DNA of 64,000 nucleotides from Gammaproteobacteria bacterium (GCA_038125265.1 JAYPDM010000005.1:1702-65701), one strand, 5' to 3'. Positions 38,296-48,227 are shown, counted from the first letter of the stretch. The notes: generated from the sequence alone by a model not told the origin. Numbers and translations: made by a program.

Positions 38296-38970
38296 CTAGT
38301 TATTATTTTCGATTTGTTGACGCATTGTAGATATCACACTCTTATAATTTTCTGCGCCAAAAATAGCTGAACCTGCAACAAAAGTATCTGCTCCTGCTGA
38401 TGCAATACTTGAAATATTATCAATCTTGATTCCACCATCTACCTGCAGTCTAGCTTTTGAATTATTTTTATCCAATAGCGACCTTGCTTTTTCAATCTTT
38501 TGTAATGCCGCAGGTATAAATGACTGGCCACCAAATCCTGGATTCACAGACATGATTAAAACCATATCAATTTTATCTATCACGTAATCCAGTGTGCTGA
38601 GAGATGTCGAAGGATTTAAAACAATCCCCGCGCCCGCACCAAAGGACTTGATAAGAGATAAGCTCCGATCAAGATGCTCTGTCGACTCAGGGTGTATAGA
38701 GATAAAAGACGGGCTAAGCCGCCCAAATTGCTCTATTAAGCTATCGACAGGCTTAACCATTAAATGGACATCCAAATTAAATTTAAGCCCAGAACTAACC
38801 AAGGATTCTGCCACACAGGGACCAATGGTAAGGTTAGGTACATAATGATTATCCATTACATCGAAATGAATCATATCAGCGCCTGCATCAAGAACAGATT
38901 TCACTTCAGCACCCAATTGAGAGAAGTCAGCCGATAGAATTGAAGGGCAAATTAAGCTTTTATTTTTCAT
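38296..38970 (-). CDS. rpe: Ribulose-phosphate 3-epimerase
   Basis: [34 protein letters not shown] and VDGGI motifs. Its stop abuts the thrA start with no spacer. Confidence 0.93.
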   Translation of the reverse strand: MKNKSLICPSILSADFSQLGAEVKSVLDAGADMIHFDVMDNHYVPNLTIGPCVAESLVSSGLKFNLDVHLMVKPVDSLIEQFGRLSPSFISIHPESTEHLDRSLSLIKSFGAGAGIVLNPSTSLSTLDYVIDKIDMVLIMSVNPGFGGQSFIPAALQKIEKARSLLDKNNSKARLQVDGGIKIDNISSIASAGADTFVAGSAIFGAENYKSVISTMRQQIENNN

Positions 38971-38995
38971 AACTGTACGAGTATTTTAGTATTTA

Positions 38996-40363
38996 TTAAT
39001 AAAAAACTCCCTTATTCCTTAAAAAATAATTTGCTATAGGTAATGTAATGATTATGCATAAGAGCAGTGTAGATTCATAACCTAATAAAGACTCATTATA
39101 AATCGCAATCACTAGACCAAACAGCGATGCGCCGACTAAGCGCCCTCCCCCTTGCAAGAATGAGATTAAACCCTGCGGAGCTGTTGCCAATTGTTTTGGA
39201 GCCAGCGCCATCATTGCATACCTAATCGGTGTCCCAATAAAAGCACTTAATGCTATTCCTAAAAAGATACCCAAGAAGACAAATAAATAAACATTAAAAC
39301 TAAAATATATTAATAAAATTAAAAATAATGGGCTAAGTAAGAGGCCAAATCTTAAAACGATATAAGGATTATTTTTATCTAAAAGGTACCCCCATAATGT
39401 GCTACCGATGACCATTGAGAATACAATCGGTAGCATCATAAAACTTGCATCTGATGGATTCAGGGAGAATTTTAAAACGACCATAGCAGGAACAAACAGT
39501 AAAACAGACTCATACATTCCTGCAAGCAAAGCAATCATGACAATCGGTAAAAACTTTGAATTAACTAATAGCGAAAAAAATAAGTTATCGTTATCAAGTT
39601 TTTGAACTCTATCAAAAAAAATCCTTGTCACATAAATTAGCGTAAATATTAGAGCTATCAATATAAAAAGAACCCAGTATTCAAAAGAGAAAATCAAATT
39701 TCTCAAAATGATTAAAATAATAAATGATAACGATAAAGCAGCAACAAATAAGAAGAGCTCTTTTAAGGGTACTTTAATCCGATCAGTCGGGTTATCTCGA
39801 GGAATAAAAAAAACAAACAAAACGGGAATACAACATAAAAATAACCCTTGAAATAAAAATATTAATTGCCAATTTATTTGAATTAAAAGCCCAGCAATAA
39901 TCGGACCCAAAAGGAAAGCAATACCAAATATTGATCCGATCAATCCTAATAAGAGGCCCCTTTTTTTTGAATCATAATATTTTTGTATTAATGCGAGTGT
40001 AATAGGAAAGATTCCACCCGAAGCAATACCTTGAAGTGATCGAGACAGATAAAATGAATGCATTTCTGAGAGAAATGCTATTGATAGTGTACTTATAGCA
40101 AATATAAATATAAGCGTCGTAAAGATTATTTTTATTCCTATTCTGTCCGTATAGATACTGATTATTGGAGCAGATATAATCCCAAAAAAAACAAACAAAG
40201 ATATTAAGTAAGATAATTCTGATACAGGCACATTAAATTGCTGGCTTATGACCGGCATAAGGGGCCCTATAATTGATATATCAAGTGCCACACAAAAAAT
40301 GACAAGTGCCAATAATGCAAAAGTTAGTTTTGGAAATGCAATTTTATTGATTGGATGATCCAT
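38996..40363 (-). CDS. MFS transporter (about 14 TM helices)
   Basis: 455 aa, highly hydrophobic. An MFS-type loop (YTDRIGIK) follows TM2. Very AT-rich coding sequence. Confidence 0.7.
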   Translation of the reverse strand: MDHPINKIAFPKLTFALLALVIFCVALDISIIGPLMPVISQQFNVPVSELSYLISLFVFFGIISAPIISIYTDRIGIKIIFTTLIFIFAISTLSIAFLSEMHSFYLSRSLQGIASGGIFPITLALIQKYYDSKKRGLLLGLIGSIFGIAFLLGPIIAGLLIQINWQLIFLFQGLFLCCIPVLFVFFIPRDNPTDRIKVPLKELFLFVAALSLSFIILIILRNLIFSFEYWVLFILIALIFTLIYVTRIFFDRVQKLDNDNLFFSLLVNSKFLPIVMIALLAGMYESVLLFVPAMVVLKFSLNPSDASFMMLPIVFSMVIGSTLWGYLLDKNNPYIVLRFGLLLSPLFLILLIYFSFNVYLFVFLGIFLGIALSAFIGTPIRYAMMALAPKQLATAPQGLISFLQGGGRLVGASLFGLVIAIYNESLLGYESTLLLCIIITLPIANYFLRNKGVFY

Positions 40364-40403
40364 GTGTGGAATTATATAAAATAAAAATATAAAAGCAGAA
40401 TTT

Positions 40404-40637
40404 ATGTCTCAAAAAAGAAATGATCCGTGCCAATGCAATAGTGGAAAAAAATACAAACACTGCTGTATGAATGCAAAACCTAAAATGCCTGCGACTACTA
40501 AAGTTTTATTTATTGGTATTAGCTTAATGTTACTTGCTGGTGCTGTGCTGATTTATATGAATGCACAAACTGTCGATTTCTCAACTCCTACTAATGCAGG
40601 TAGAGTTTGGTCGCCAGAACACAACCATTGGCACTAA
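40404..40637 (+). CDS. Small SEC-C-motif membrane protein (77 aa)
   Basis: N-terminal DPCQCNSGKKYKHCC (the SecA C-terminal-type zinc motif), one TM helix (VLFIGISLMLLAGAVLIYM), and a His-rich C-terminal tail SPEHNHWH. Confidence 0.6.
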   Translation: MSQKRNDPCQCNSGKKYKHCCMNAKPKMPATTKVLFIGISLMLLAGAVLIYMNAQTVDFSTPTNAGRVWSPEHNHWH

Positions 40638-43114
40638 ACCTCTCTAAGCAAATAAGTTAGAGACCTGTGCGAAATGCTTTTAGTGGTAATAAAACTAATT
40701 AAGCTTACAAATAATCCACCAATACCAAACCCAATAGGTAATAAAAACCAATTGATAGAATAAGACTCAAGTTCAAATATACTGGTCGCAAGATAAAATG
40801 ATCCCGCTATAGCTAGACTTGATCCCAATAGACCTGATAAACCTCCTATACAGAAAAATTCAACAAGCATTGTGCCTTGAACTATTCCTGCCGTGCCCCC
40901 AACAGATTTTATGATTCCACCTTCATAGATTCTCTGTTTTTTTGAGACTTGAATCGTTGCAATCATAACTAAGATACCAGCTATTAGTGTGAATAAAAAA
41001 ACGTATTGAACAGCAATACTGGCTTGTGACATAGCACCTTGTACTTGTCTAATGACAGCCCCAATATCAATTGCAGAAATACTTGGGAAGCTCGAGGTTA
41101 TATCAAAAACCAGTTCTCTTGCACCCTCCTCTAAATAAAAACTTGTAATCGAAGTATAAGGAAAGTTCTCAATAAGACCAGGGCTTATAATTAGGAAAAA
41201 ATTGGGGTTAAAAGATTCCCAGTTTACAGATCGAATATTCGTTACAGTTGCGCTAATGTATTGACCAGAAATAAAAAAAGTAATCTCGTCTCCCAGTGAT
41301 AATCCAGTCTCCTCGGCATAAGATTCAGCAAGGGATAGTTCTGGTTGCTCACTTGATGCTTCCCACCAATCTCCAGAAATAATAGCATTGCCCTCAGGAA
41401 CTTCATTGGACCAAGTTAAATTTATATCATCTCTAAGTTCATCAGCCGCCTCATCATTAATCGCTTCAAAGCTATCAATTTCAATATCATTTACATGACT
41501 GATTCGACCTCTGACGATTGGAAAGAGCACAGCATCTTCTACCTCATAAGCTTGTAACATTTCAACTAAATCATCTTCATTATTAGGCTGAATATTTATT
41601 AAAAAATTATTAGGTGTCGATTCAGGCAAGGTATTTTGCCAAGTCATTATTAACTGATCTTTGCTTATAGTTAAAATTAAAATCACCATAATGCTTAGCC
41701 CAAAAGCAATTACCTGAGTAGCACTCTCAGTTTTTCTTCTTGCTATGTTGGATATGCCATACTTCCAAAATGACTTTAAGTAACCTTTAAAAAAATATGA
41801 CAATCTGATCAGTATTCTCGCAAAAATGAACATTACCACGGTTGCAAAAAAGCCTATCAGCAGGATAGTAATCAGTAATTCAATATCATTGACGAGAATA
41901 CCAATTAGTAATGCAAGAAAAATAACTACAGTACCAATTGTTACAAGCCTGGATAGTGGCTCAATCACTACATCATTTCTAAGAAGTTTAATAGGTGAGA
42001 CATTTCTTAGCGATGCGATTGGAATGAGCGCAAATCCAAAAATCACTAAAACTGAGGTTAATGGGGCTATAAAGACTGATGATAAAGAGGGTTGCGGTAG
42101 CTCTGCTTCTATCAGATTTATCCCCAACTGTGCAAGATACAACTGTGCAATATAACCAAAGGCCAGACCGATGAATGTTGCGATCAAAATAATGATAATT
42201 AAATGTACTCCGAGCAATCGATAAACCGTGCCATGATTAGCACCAAAGGTTTTATAGATAGCAACCGTCATCTCATGACGACCTACAAATTCTTTGGCAC
42301 ACATCGCGATGGCTATACCGCTTAATATTACGGATATGACAGCTGCTAGATGTAAAAATTGTTCTGCTCTAATTACAGAGTTTCTCACTTCAGGCCTTGC
42401 ATCATTAATGTCATCTAATTCTTGGCCAGGTAAAAGCTGAGAATCGATTATATTTCTTTGTCTATTAAGCTCTGCTTCACTTCCTGCAATTAAATATTCG
42501 TACTCAACTCGACTTCCGGGTACCACCAATTGAGTGCCCTCAATATCCTCAATATTGAGTAAAATAGTGGGTGCAATTTCTAAAAATCTCCATCCCTCGT
42601 CAGGTCTAAATGTAATGACCTTGCTAATTACAAAACGCTTAGCTCCAATATCTATTGAGTCACCAACAGCTAAATTTAATCGTGCCAATATGGAAGGCTC
42701 AACCCAAATAGTCCCGGGATCAGGAATGGCATCAATCGGATAGCCTTCTAAAGTTGGGCTGTCTGCAATGTAAACAGTTCCACGGAGAGGGTAACCAGCA
42801 CTGACCCCTCGAATATCAGCAAGACTGCTTTGAAAGCCCTGCATAACCACAGACCTAAAATTAATAATATCTGCCGAAATTAAACTTGAACCTAAAACGA
42901 TATCCCTAAGCTCAGCTTGAATTGGCAGATCTGATTCAATTCTAATATCTGCAGCAAGTGACTCACCAGCTTGCTGCGTAATGGCCTGCCTTACCCTATC
43001 AGTAAATAAACTTACCGTGCTCAATGAAGCAACAGCAGTGATGAGGCATACTAGAAAAAGTAAGGAACTCCCAGAGAGTAAGTCTCTAACAAATAATTTG
43101 ACGCTTAATGGCAT
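40634..43114 (-). CDS. ybbP: YbbP-like double-FtsX-domain ABC transporter permease
   Basis: 826 aa. Two FtsX/MacB-type 4-TM modules, each preceded by a large extracytoplasmic domain. No ATPase gene adjacent. Confidence 0.8.
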   Translation of the reverse strand: MPLSVKLFVRDLLSGSSLLFLVCLITAVASLSTVSLFTDRVRQAITQQAGESLAADIRIESDLPIQAELRDIVLGSSLISADIINFRSVVMQGFQSSLADIRGVSAGYPLRGTVYIADSPTLEGYPIDAIPDPGTIWVEPSILARLNLAVGDSIDIGAKRFVISKVITFRPDEGWRFLEIAPTILLNIEDIEGTQLVVPGSRVEYEYLIAGSEAELNRQRNIIDSQLLPGQELDDINDARPEVRNSVIRAEQFLHLAAVISVILSGIAIAMCAKEFVGRHEMTVAIYKTFGANHGTVYRLLGVHLIIIILIATFIGLAFGYIAQLYLAQLGINLIEAELPQPSLSSVFIAPLTSVLVIFGFALIPIASLRNVSPIKLLRNDVVIEPLSRLVTIGTVVIFLALLIGILVNDIELLITILLIGFFATVVMFIFARILIRLSYFFKGYLKSFWKYGISNIARRKTESATQVIAFGLSIMVILILTISKDQLIMTWQNTLPESTPNNFLINIQPNNEDDLVEMLQAYEVEDAVLFPIVRGRISHVNDIEIDSFEAINDEAADELRDDINLTWSNEVPEGNAIISGDWWEASSEQPELSLAESYAEETGLSLGDEITFFISGQYISATVTNIRSVNWESFNPNFFLIISPGLIENFPYTSITSFYLEEGARELVFDITSSFPSISAIDIGAVIRQVQGAMSQASIAVQYVFLFTLIAGILVMIATIQVSKKQRIYEGGIIKSVGGTAGIVQGTMLVEFFCIGGLSGLLGSSLAIAGSFYLATSIFELESYSINWFLLPIGFGIGGLFVSLISFITTKSISHRSLTYLLREV

Positions 43115-43115
43115 A

Positions 43116-43153
43116 AATACGGGCAGACATCATTAAGTATATCTACCCGTATT
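43116..43153 (-). terminator. 12-bp stem hairpin filling the hydrolase-ybbP spacer (terminator or translational control element)
   Basis: On the minus-strand RNA, AAUACGGGUAGA (43153-43142) pairs with UCUGCCCGUAUU (43127-43116): 11 Watson-Crick pairs plus one G-U, with a 14-nt loop. The 3' arm ends 1 nt before the ybbP AUG, and a TATAAT overlaps the 5' arm. Confidence 0.4.
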
Positions 43154-43163
43154 ATAGCAACAT

Positions 43164-44420
43164 TTAAATTGCGCCGAGCGCTCTTCCCATCCAGTCTTGA
43201 AGGGTTGGTAGTCGAAGATCTACCGGACCACCGGATTTTTCATCGTGATGAGGATGACCAGCGTCAGCCCACATTTGTCTTGGTGAGTTTACGCATGCGT
43301 TGTATAGATTTAATGCACCCTCGGGATCCATAATTCTATCCGTAGCACCATAGCCCACCAACATGGGGCACTCAAGATTCCTGGCCACATCGCCCATATT
43401 GTAATCCTGAAGCTGTCTTCTAGCGCTCTCTAATGATTCAGCACCTATAATCCATCTCACTCTATCTCTAATCGGTGGATAAAAATCAAACAGATCATCT
43501 AAGACTGAATATGAAGCAGAAGCGCAGGCTACAGCCTTAAGTCTGGGTTCGCTGGCTGCAGCCCTAGGTGCAGAGTAACCGCCCATACTGATACCCCGAA
43601 TAGCAATGCGATCAGAATCAATATCCGGTCTAGATTCGAGATAATCTACTAGGTCGCTGACATACCTTTCGGTATCAGGCTGCATGTGAAGGTGATGGAT
43701 ACGCTTTGCCTCACCCTGTCCAGGCAAATCTACAACAAGATACGCCATTCCCCTTGAAACAAATCCTCCAGCACCGCCAATGCTGCTATGCATTAATGAA
43801 TCAGCACCCTGATAAGCAATGACAGCCGGGTGCGGTCCTGGTCCAGGTGGCTTCCTAAAAAAGCCATCAAGGTTTGTACCATCGACATTTATCGTTACCC
43901 TCTCAAAATTTGAAGCACCAACCGGATTTGCCTTTTCAAACATTTCACGCATTTTCATATAGCCAGGCATCATGGTTGCATCAGTATCCTCTTGATAGAC
44001 AATCGCAAGCCTTGCAAATCTAAATGCTCGCGCATAATAAGTTCTTGCAGAAACATCAAGACCAGCCTCTTCATAGCCTACCGCTATCTCTTCATTGATG
44101 TCAGCCACACGTTTCCACTCGTTATACCAAGAGAGCGGATTGAATGGTTCCATTCTTTGGGCAACTTGAATCTCATGCGGGTCATCGGTATAGATTGACT
44201 GATTAAGCCTTATCTCCATTTGACCGCCACCCTCAACCGGTATACCGGTATAGAGCTGAGCATTATCACCGCCACCGACAACATCAACTAAATAATTACC
44301 TGGGCCAAGATCATAACCTTGTGCCCATGCCCCCATTGCGCCCATGCCTAAAGTTGGTGCACCAGCGCTGAAGAGACCCATCTTTACCATGTCCCTTCTA
44401 GTCCATTTCATTTCACTCAT
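43164..44420 (-). CDS. Tat-exported alpha/beta hydrolase (FrsA/DHPON-hydrolase-like architecture)
   Basis: Start moved to MSEMKWTRRDMVKMG (AGGGGG Shine-Dalgarno upstream), with a twin-arginine signal ending AWAQ. Helical N-terminal domain, then the nucleophile elbow GISMGG and a C-terminal His. Confidence 0.75.
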   Translation of the reverse strand: MSEMKWTRRDMVKMGLFSAGAPTLGMGAMGAWAQGYDLGPGNYLVDVVGGGDNAQLYTGIPVEGGGQMEIRLNQSIYTDDPHEIQVAQRMEPFNPLSWYNEWKRVADINEEIAVGYEEAGLDVSARTYYARAFRFARLAIVYQEDTDATMMPGYMKMREMFEKANPVGASNFERVTINVDGTNLDGFFRKPPGPGPHPAVIAYQGADSLMHSSIGGAGGFVSRGMAYLVVDLPGQGEAKRIHHLHMQPDTERYVSDLVDYLESRPDIDSDRIAIRGISMGGYSAPRAAASEPRLKAVACASASYSVLDDLFDFYPPIRDRVRWIIGAESLESARRQLQDYNMGDVARNLECPMLVGYGATDRIMDPEGALNLYNACVNSPRQMWADAGHPHHDEKSGGPVDLRLPTLQDWMGRALGAI

Positions 44421-44451
44421 AATGAGCCCCCTAAAAATTAAATTGGTACAA

Positions 44452-44844
44452 CTATATAATGGCAATTAGATCAAAAACTATCAAGATGATAATTATTAAA
44501 AATGAGGGGATCGAGCCAAAAGATCGGTAAGGGGGATCCTTCCAATAACCTAATGCAAATATAACCCTAGCAAATAAAAATGAAAAACCCACCAATGCAC
44601 CATAAAAATCTTCATAAAAAGCAGCAAATATAGTGAACAAGGGAAGGAATAAAATGAATAATTCCAATGAGTTATAGTGTATTCTGTTAGCTATTTGTAA
44701 TTTAATGTTTTCCCCCAATGCTGGGGCTGGGGAATGGTATTTTGTTCTGCATCTTCCCACCCATACAGAAAAAACAAAAATCAGCAGAATATTCAATATG
44801 AGACTGGTTAGCGATAAGGGTATTGAAATTAGAAATTGAAGCAT
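44452..44844 (-). CDS. MAPEG-family membrane protein (glutathione-transferase-like)
   Basis: 130 aa, four TM helices, family motif RIHYNSLE. Confidence 0.7.
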   Translation of the reverse strand: MLQFLISIPLSLTSLILNILLIFVFSVWVGRCRTKYHSPAPALGENIKLQIANRIHYNSLELFILFLPLFTIFAAFYEDFYGALVGFSFLFARVIFALGYWKDPPYRSFGSIPSFLIIIILIVFDLIAII

Positions 44845-44880
44845 ATACTTAAGCCTAAACGATTAATATTTAATAATTTT

Positions 44881-45867
44881 ATGACAAGTCTGGATATATT
44901 TGAAAAAGCATTATCATGGTATCGACAGGGCCAAAAAATTGCTATTGGTACGGTCATAGAAACTTGGGGTTCAGCGCCTAGGCCTGTAGGTAGCCTTATT
45001 GCTATCAATGATAATATGGAATTTGAGGGGTCTATTTCCGGGGGATGCGTTGAATCTGCAGTCATTGCATCTGCTGAGTCTATCTTTAAGAATACGAATA
45101 AACCGCTTTTTTTAGACTATGGTATCGAGGATGAAGAGGCATGGGCTGTAGGCCTAACATGCGGGGGAAAGTTAAAAATACATTTGCAAAGTCTTGATTC
45201 ACATCTAGCGTCAGTAGAGCCTAATATCAATACACTTGATGAGGGTGTCTATATTCGAGACCTTACAACGGGTTTTTTTGAAGTGATTCGATCTATAAGC
45301 TCAAGTGATACATCGGAACTTAAAAATTATATTGATTTAGCATTTTTAGAAGATAAAGCAACCTATCTTCCAGAAAAAGAAATATTCATTCATCCCATCC
45401 AAAAAAACTATGAAATCTTTATTACAGGAGCTGTACATGTCGCCCAGTTTTTAATCCCTATTCTAAAAAATTTAAACTTTGATGTGACTTTGATAGATCC
45501 AAGACCAGTATTTGCAACACAGGAGAGGTTCCCCAATGTCAATATAATTGATCAATTTCCACAAGAGTTTCTTTTGCCGAAACATGTGCATCAGCGATCT
45601 GGCTTAATTACGCTTAGTCATGATTCAAAGATTGACAACCCCGCAGTAGAATTTTTTCTAAAGCATGGTGAAGGATTTTATATTGGATGTCTAGGTAGCA
45701 AAAAAACTCATGAAAAGAGAATTGCCTTCCTTAATGATCAAAATATACATGACAAAGACATAGAAAAAATACATGCCCCTATTGGGCTTGATCTTGGGGG
45801 AAGGAGCCCATCAGAAATAGCAATCTCCATAGCCTCAGAATTAATAAAAACCAAATATAAAGGCTAA
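44881..45867 (+). CDS. xdhC: XdhC-family molybdenum cofactor insertion chaperone
   Basis: N-terminal ALSWYRQGQKIAIGTVIETWGSAPRPVGS and a C-terminal Rossmann-like domain (IFITGAVHVAQ). The track start at 44836 is TTG, so I prefer ATG at 44881. Confidence 0.85.
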   Translation: MTSLDIFEKALSWYRQGQKIAIGTVIETWGSAPRPVGSLIAINDNMEFEGSISGGCVESAVIASAESIFKNTNKPLFLDYGIEDEEAWAVGLTCGGKLKIHLQSLDSHLASVEPNINTLDEGVYIRDLTTGFFEVIRSISSSDTSELKNYIDLAFLEDKATYLPEKEIFIHPIQKNYEIFITGAVHVAQFLIPILKNLNFDVTLIDPRPVFATQERFPNVNIIDQFPQEFLLPKHVHQRSGLITLSHDSKIDNPAVEFFLKHGEGFYIGCLGSKKTHEKRIAFLNDQNIHDKDIEKIHAPIGLDLGGRSPSEIAISIASELIKTKYKG

Positions 45868-46544
45868 ACTATCTCAAGCTCAATACTACCGACGCCTGAG
45901 ACTTCACCAAATACCTTATCACCAATAATCACAGGACCTACTCCAGCTGGGGTGCCTGTAAAGATTAAATCACCTTGCTGAAGCTCAAAATAGGATGATA
46001 AATGCGATATGACCTCCTCAACTGACCAAATCATATGACCTACTGTTGAACTTTGCTTCTCCTCTCCATTGACCTCCAGTCTGATTATCTGATCTTTTAT
46101 TGGAAAGTCTTTGGGCAATTGAACTAACTCAGATATGGGTCCGGAATGATCTAATGCCTTTCCTGTTTCCCATGGTCGCCCTTTATTTTTAGCCTCCTGT
46201 TGTAAATCTCGTCGGGTGAAATCAATACCGCAAGCATACCCCAAAACATAATCTAAAGCGCTTGATACGCTGATATCCTTACCAGAACTTCCAATGGCTA
46301 CTACCAGCTCCATCTCAAAGTGATAATTATTTGTAGCTACAGGATATGGATGTTTTTTACTATGATTAATAGCGTGTGCGGGCTTCATAAAAAAGAATGG
46401 AGGCTCTCTATGATCATGACCCATCTCAATTGCATGGTCAGCATAATTTCTTCCGACACAAAACACTCTGTGAATGGGAAATAATTCATTTGAATTATGA
46501 ATTTTTACTGCAGGGATGTTGGGTTCAAAAATATAATCAGTCAT
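45864..46544 (-). CDS. Fumarylacetoacetate hydrolase (FAH)-family protein
   Basis: 226 aa single FAH domain (VGRNYADHAIEMG, EMELVVAIG, GDLIFTGTPAGVG). Confidence 0.85.
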   Translation of the reverse strand: MTDYIFEPNIPAVKIHNSNELFPIHRVFCVGRNYADHAIEMGHDHREPPFFFMKPAHAINHSKKHPYPVATNNYHFEMELVVAIGSSGKDISVSSALDYVLGYACGIDFTRRDLQQEAKNKGRPWETGKALDHSGPISELVQLPKDFPIKDQIIRLEVNGEEKQSSTVGHMIWSVEEVISHLSSYFELQQGDLIFTGTPAGVGPVIIGDKVFGEVSGVGSIELEIV

Positions 46545-46911
46545 AGAGTCCTTCTCCTTGGTATCTTATTCTTATTTGTTGAATTTGTTCGGTGTCAATA
46601 GCTGTATCTAAACCTTCTTCAAGCCTAAGGTACTCGATTAAATCTCTTAAATCTTCATTGGTCAGATAATCAAAACGAGCCATAAGAACTTGTGGGCCAA
46701 AACCTCCTGTTAAAAGATAACCTGCAAGCAATTCATCACTTCCAATAATCCAAGGACTGTTTAATAGCGTAGGTGCCATACCTGATACTCCTCTTCTGTC
46801 ATACATATGACAAGCGAGACAATTATCCTGATAGACAGACAAGCCATTATCAGCATCAGCCTGAACAGCTGTGCTTATTACAAAAGCAAAAATTAAGAGG
46901 TAATACCTCAT
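46537..46911 (-). CDS. Periplasmic mono-haem cytochrome c
   Basis: Signal peptide, a single CLACH haem-binding site, and a distal Met in GVSGMAPTL. 124 aa. Confidence 0.85.
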   Translation of the reverse strand: MRYYLLIFAFVISTAVQADADNGLSVYQDNCLACHMYDRRGVSGMAPTLLNSPWIIGSDELLAGYLLTGGFGPQVLMARFDYLTNEDLRDLIEYLRLEEGLDTAIDTEQIQQIRIRYQGEGLYD

Positions 46912-46925
46912 AAGGCTAATAGTTT

Positions 46926-48227
46926 TTATTCGTTTGTCGTTATTTTCCAGACTCGTCCACTGATGGTGCTGGAAACATAAAGCTCACCATCATTACCCTC
47001 ACTAATAGCAGTAGGTCTATGTCTTGCATCATCTGGACTTAACAATATATCGGTTCCTTTAAATCCATCCAAAACAGTAAACCAATCCCCATTTGGGAGG
47101 CCTTGGTCATCAAAAGGCACAAAAACTATCTTATACCCATCCTGCGGGAGAGGTGCACGATTCCATGACCCATGGAATACGACAAAGGCGCCTTGATGGA
47201 ATTCATCAGGCAACATACTGCCCTTATAAAAATGAATATCATTTGGTGCCCAGTGACCAGGAAAAGCAATTATAGGATCGGCATAACCATACCTAGCATC
47301 AGCAACTATCGAGCCATTACCGCCGTACTCCGGAGCAAGCATTCGCTCACCTGCGAGATGGTCATAATAAGTATAAGGCCATCCATAATTACCATTTTCT
47401 GTAAGAATATGCATTTCCTCAGAAGGAAGGATAGCGCTTTGCTCTGCAGTGTATAAATCTGGGAAGAGCATATTTAATGCATCCCTTCCATGATTTAAAA
47501 AATAAACCTGGTTTGTCTGTTGATCCCATTCAAGTGCCATGGCATTTCTGACTCCAGTTGCAACTCTTACGCCATCTCTTCTGTGATCCTGATTGAGTTC
47601 ATCAGCGCTAAAACGCCAAATTCCAGATTGATATTCAAGCTGCGGACAAGGAATTTGACCTTGCGAGCCTCGAGTCCTGAATTCAAATTGACAGGTATTG
47701 GATGGCGTTCCAACGTTTACAAATAAATTATGATCCCCATCAATTGCAAAAGTCTTAGCCTCATGTCTTTGCTGCACAGGGAAACCGGCAACGACGATTT
47801 CAGGGGGTTGGCTTGGAATATATTGTCCTTCTGGGATAGTAAAGCGATATATTTCTGTTTTTGACCCAAAGTATAAATAGCCATCATGAAATAAAAGCTC
47901 AGTACCAGGAATATCAGTTGCAAAAGCTTGCTGAATTTCTGCATGACCGTCATTATCTTCATCCCTCAAGGCATAGATTCCCATCGCTGAACCCCTACCC
48001 ATCCTCACGGTTACAGCGACATATACGGTCCCATCAGGCCCAACTGCCATATGTCTTAGGTAACCATCGAGGTCTGCGAAAACCGTTGTAGATAGCTGAT
48101 CAGAATGTCTTATTTCAGTGACCGCATTTGTCGAGTCATTTTCGCTAACAGCAAAGGGATGCTCTATCTCAGCTGAATGGCCCATAATGACAAAAAAACT
48201 TATCAATAAAGTAACTATAAATTTCAT
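46926..48227 (-). CDS. Periplasmic beta-propeller dehydrogenase of the soluble glucose/sorbosone dehydrogenase (SGDH, PQQ-dependent) family
   Basis: Signal peptide. Motifs ATGVRNAMALEWD, FLNHGRD and GNYGWPY, typical of the sorbosone-dehydrogenase-like family. 433 aa. Confidence 0.75.
   Translation of the reverse strand: MKFIVTLLISFFVIMGHSAEIEHPFAVSENDSTNAVTEIRHSDQLSTTVFADLDGYLRHMAVGPDGTVYVAVTVRMGRGSAMGIYALRDEDNDGHAEIQQAFATDIPGTELLFHDGYLYFGSKTEIYRFTIPEGQYIPSQPPEIVVAGFPVQQRHEAKTFAIDGDHNLFVNVGTPSNTCQFEFRTRGSQGQIPCPQLEYQSGIWRFSADELNQDHRRDGVRVATGVRNAMALEWDQQTNQVYFLNHGRDALNMLFPDLYTAEQSAILPSEEMHILTENGNYGWPYTYYDHLAGERMLAPEYGGNGSIVADARYGYADPIIAFPGHWAPNDIHFYKGSMLPDEFHQGAFVVFHGSWNRAPLPQDGYKIVFVPFDDQGLPNGDWFTVLDGFKGTDILLSPDDARHRPTAISEGNDGELYVSSTISGRVWKITTNE

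Noticed and set aside
44421-44465. 15-codon N-terminal extension of the alpha/beta hydrolase, and similarly the TTG-initiated extension of xdhC (44836-44880).
   Set aside because: For the hydrolase, an internal ATG preceded by AGGGGG starts a canonical Tat signal, and the extension would overlap the MAPEG gene. For xdhC, the family-typical N-terminus begins at the ATG at 44881.
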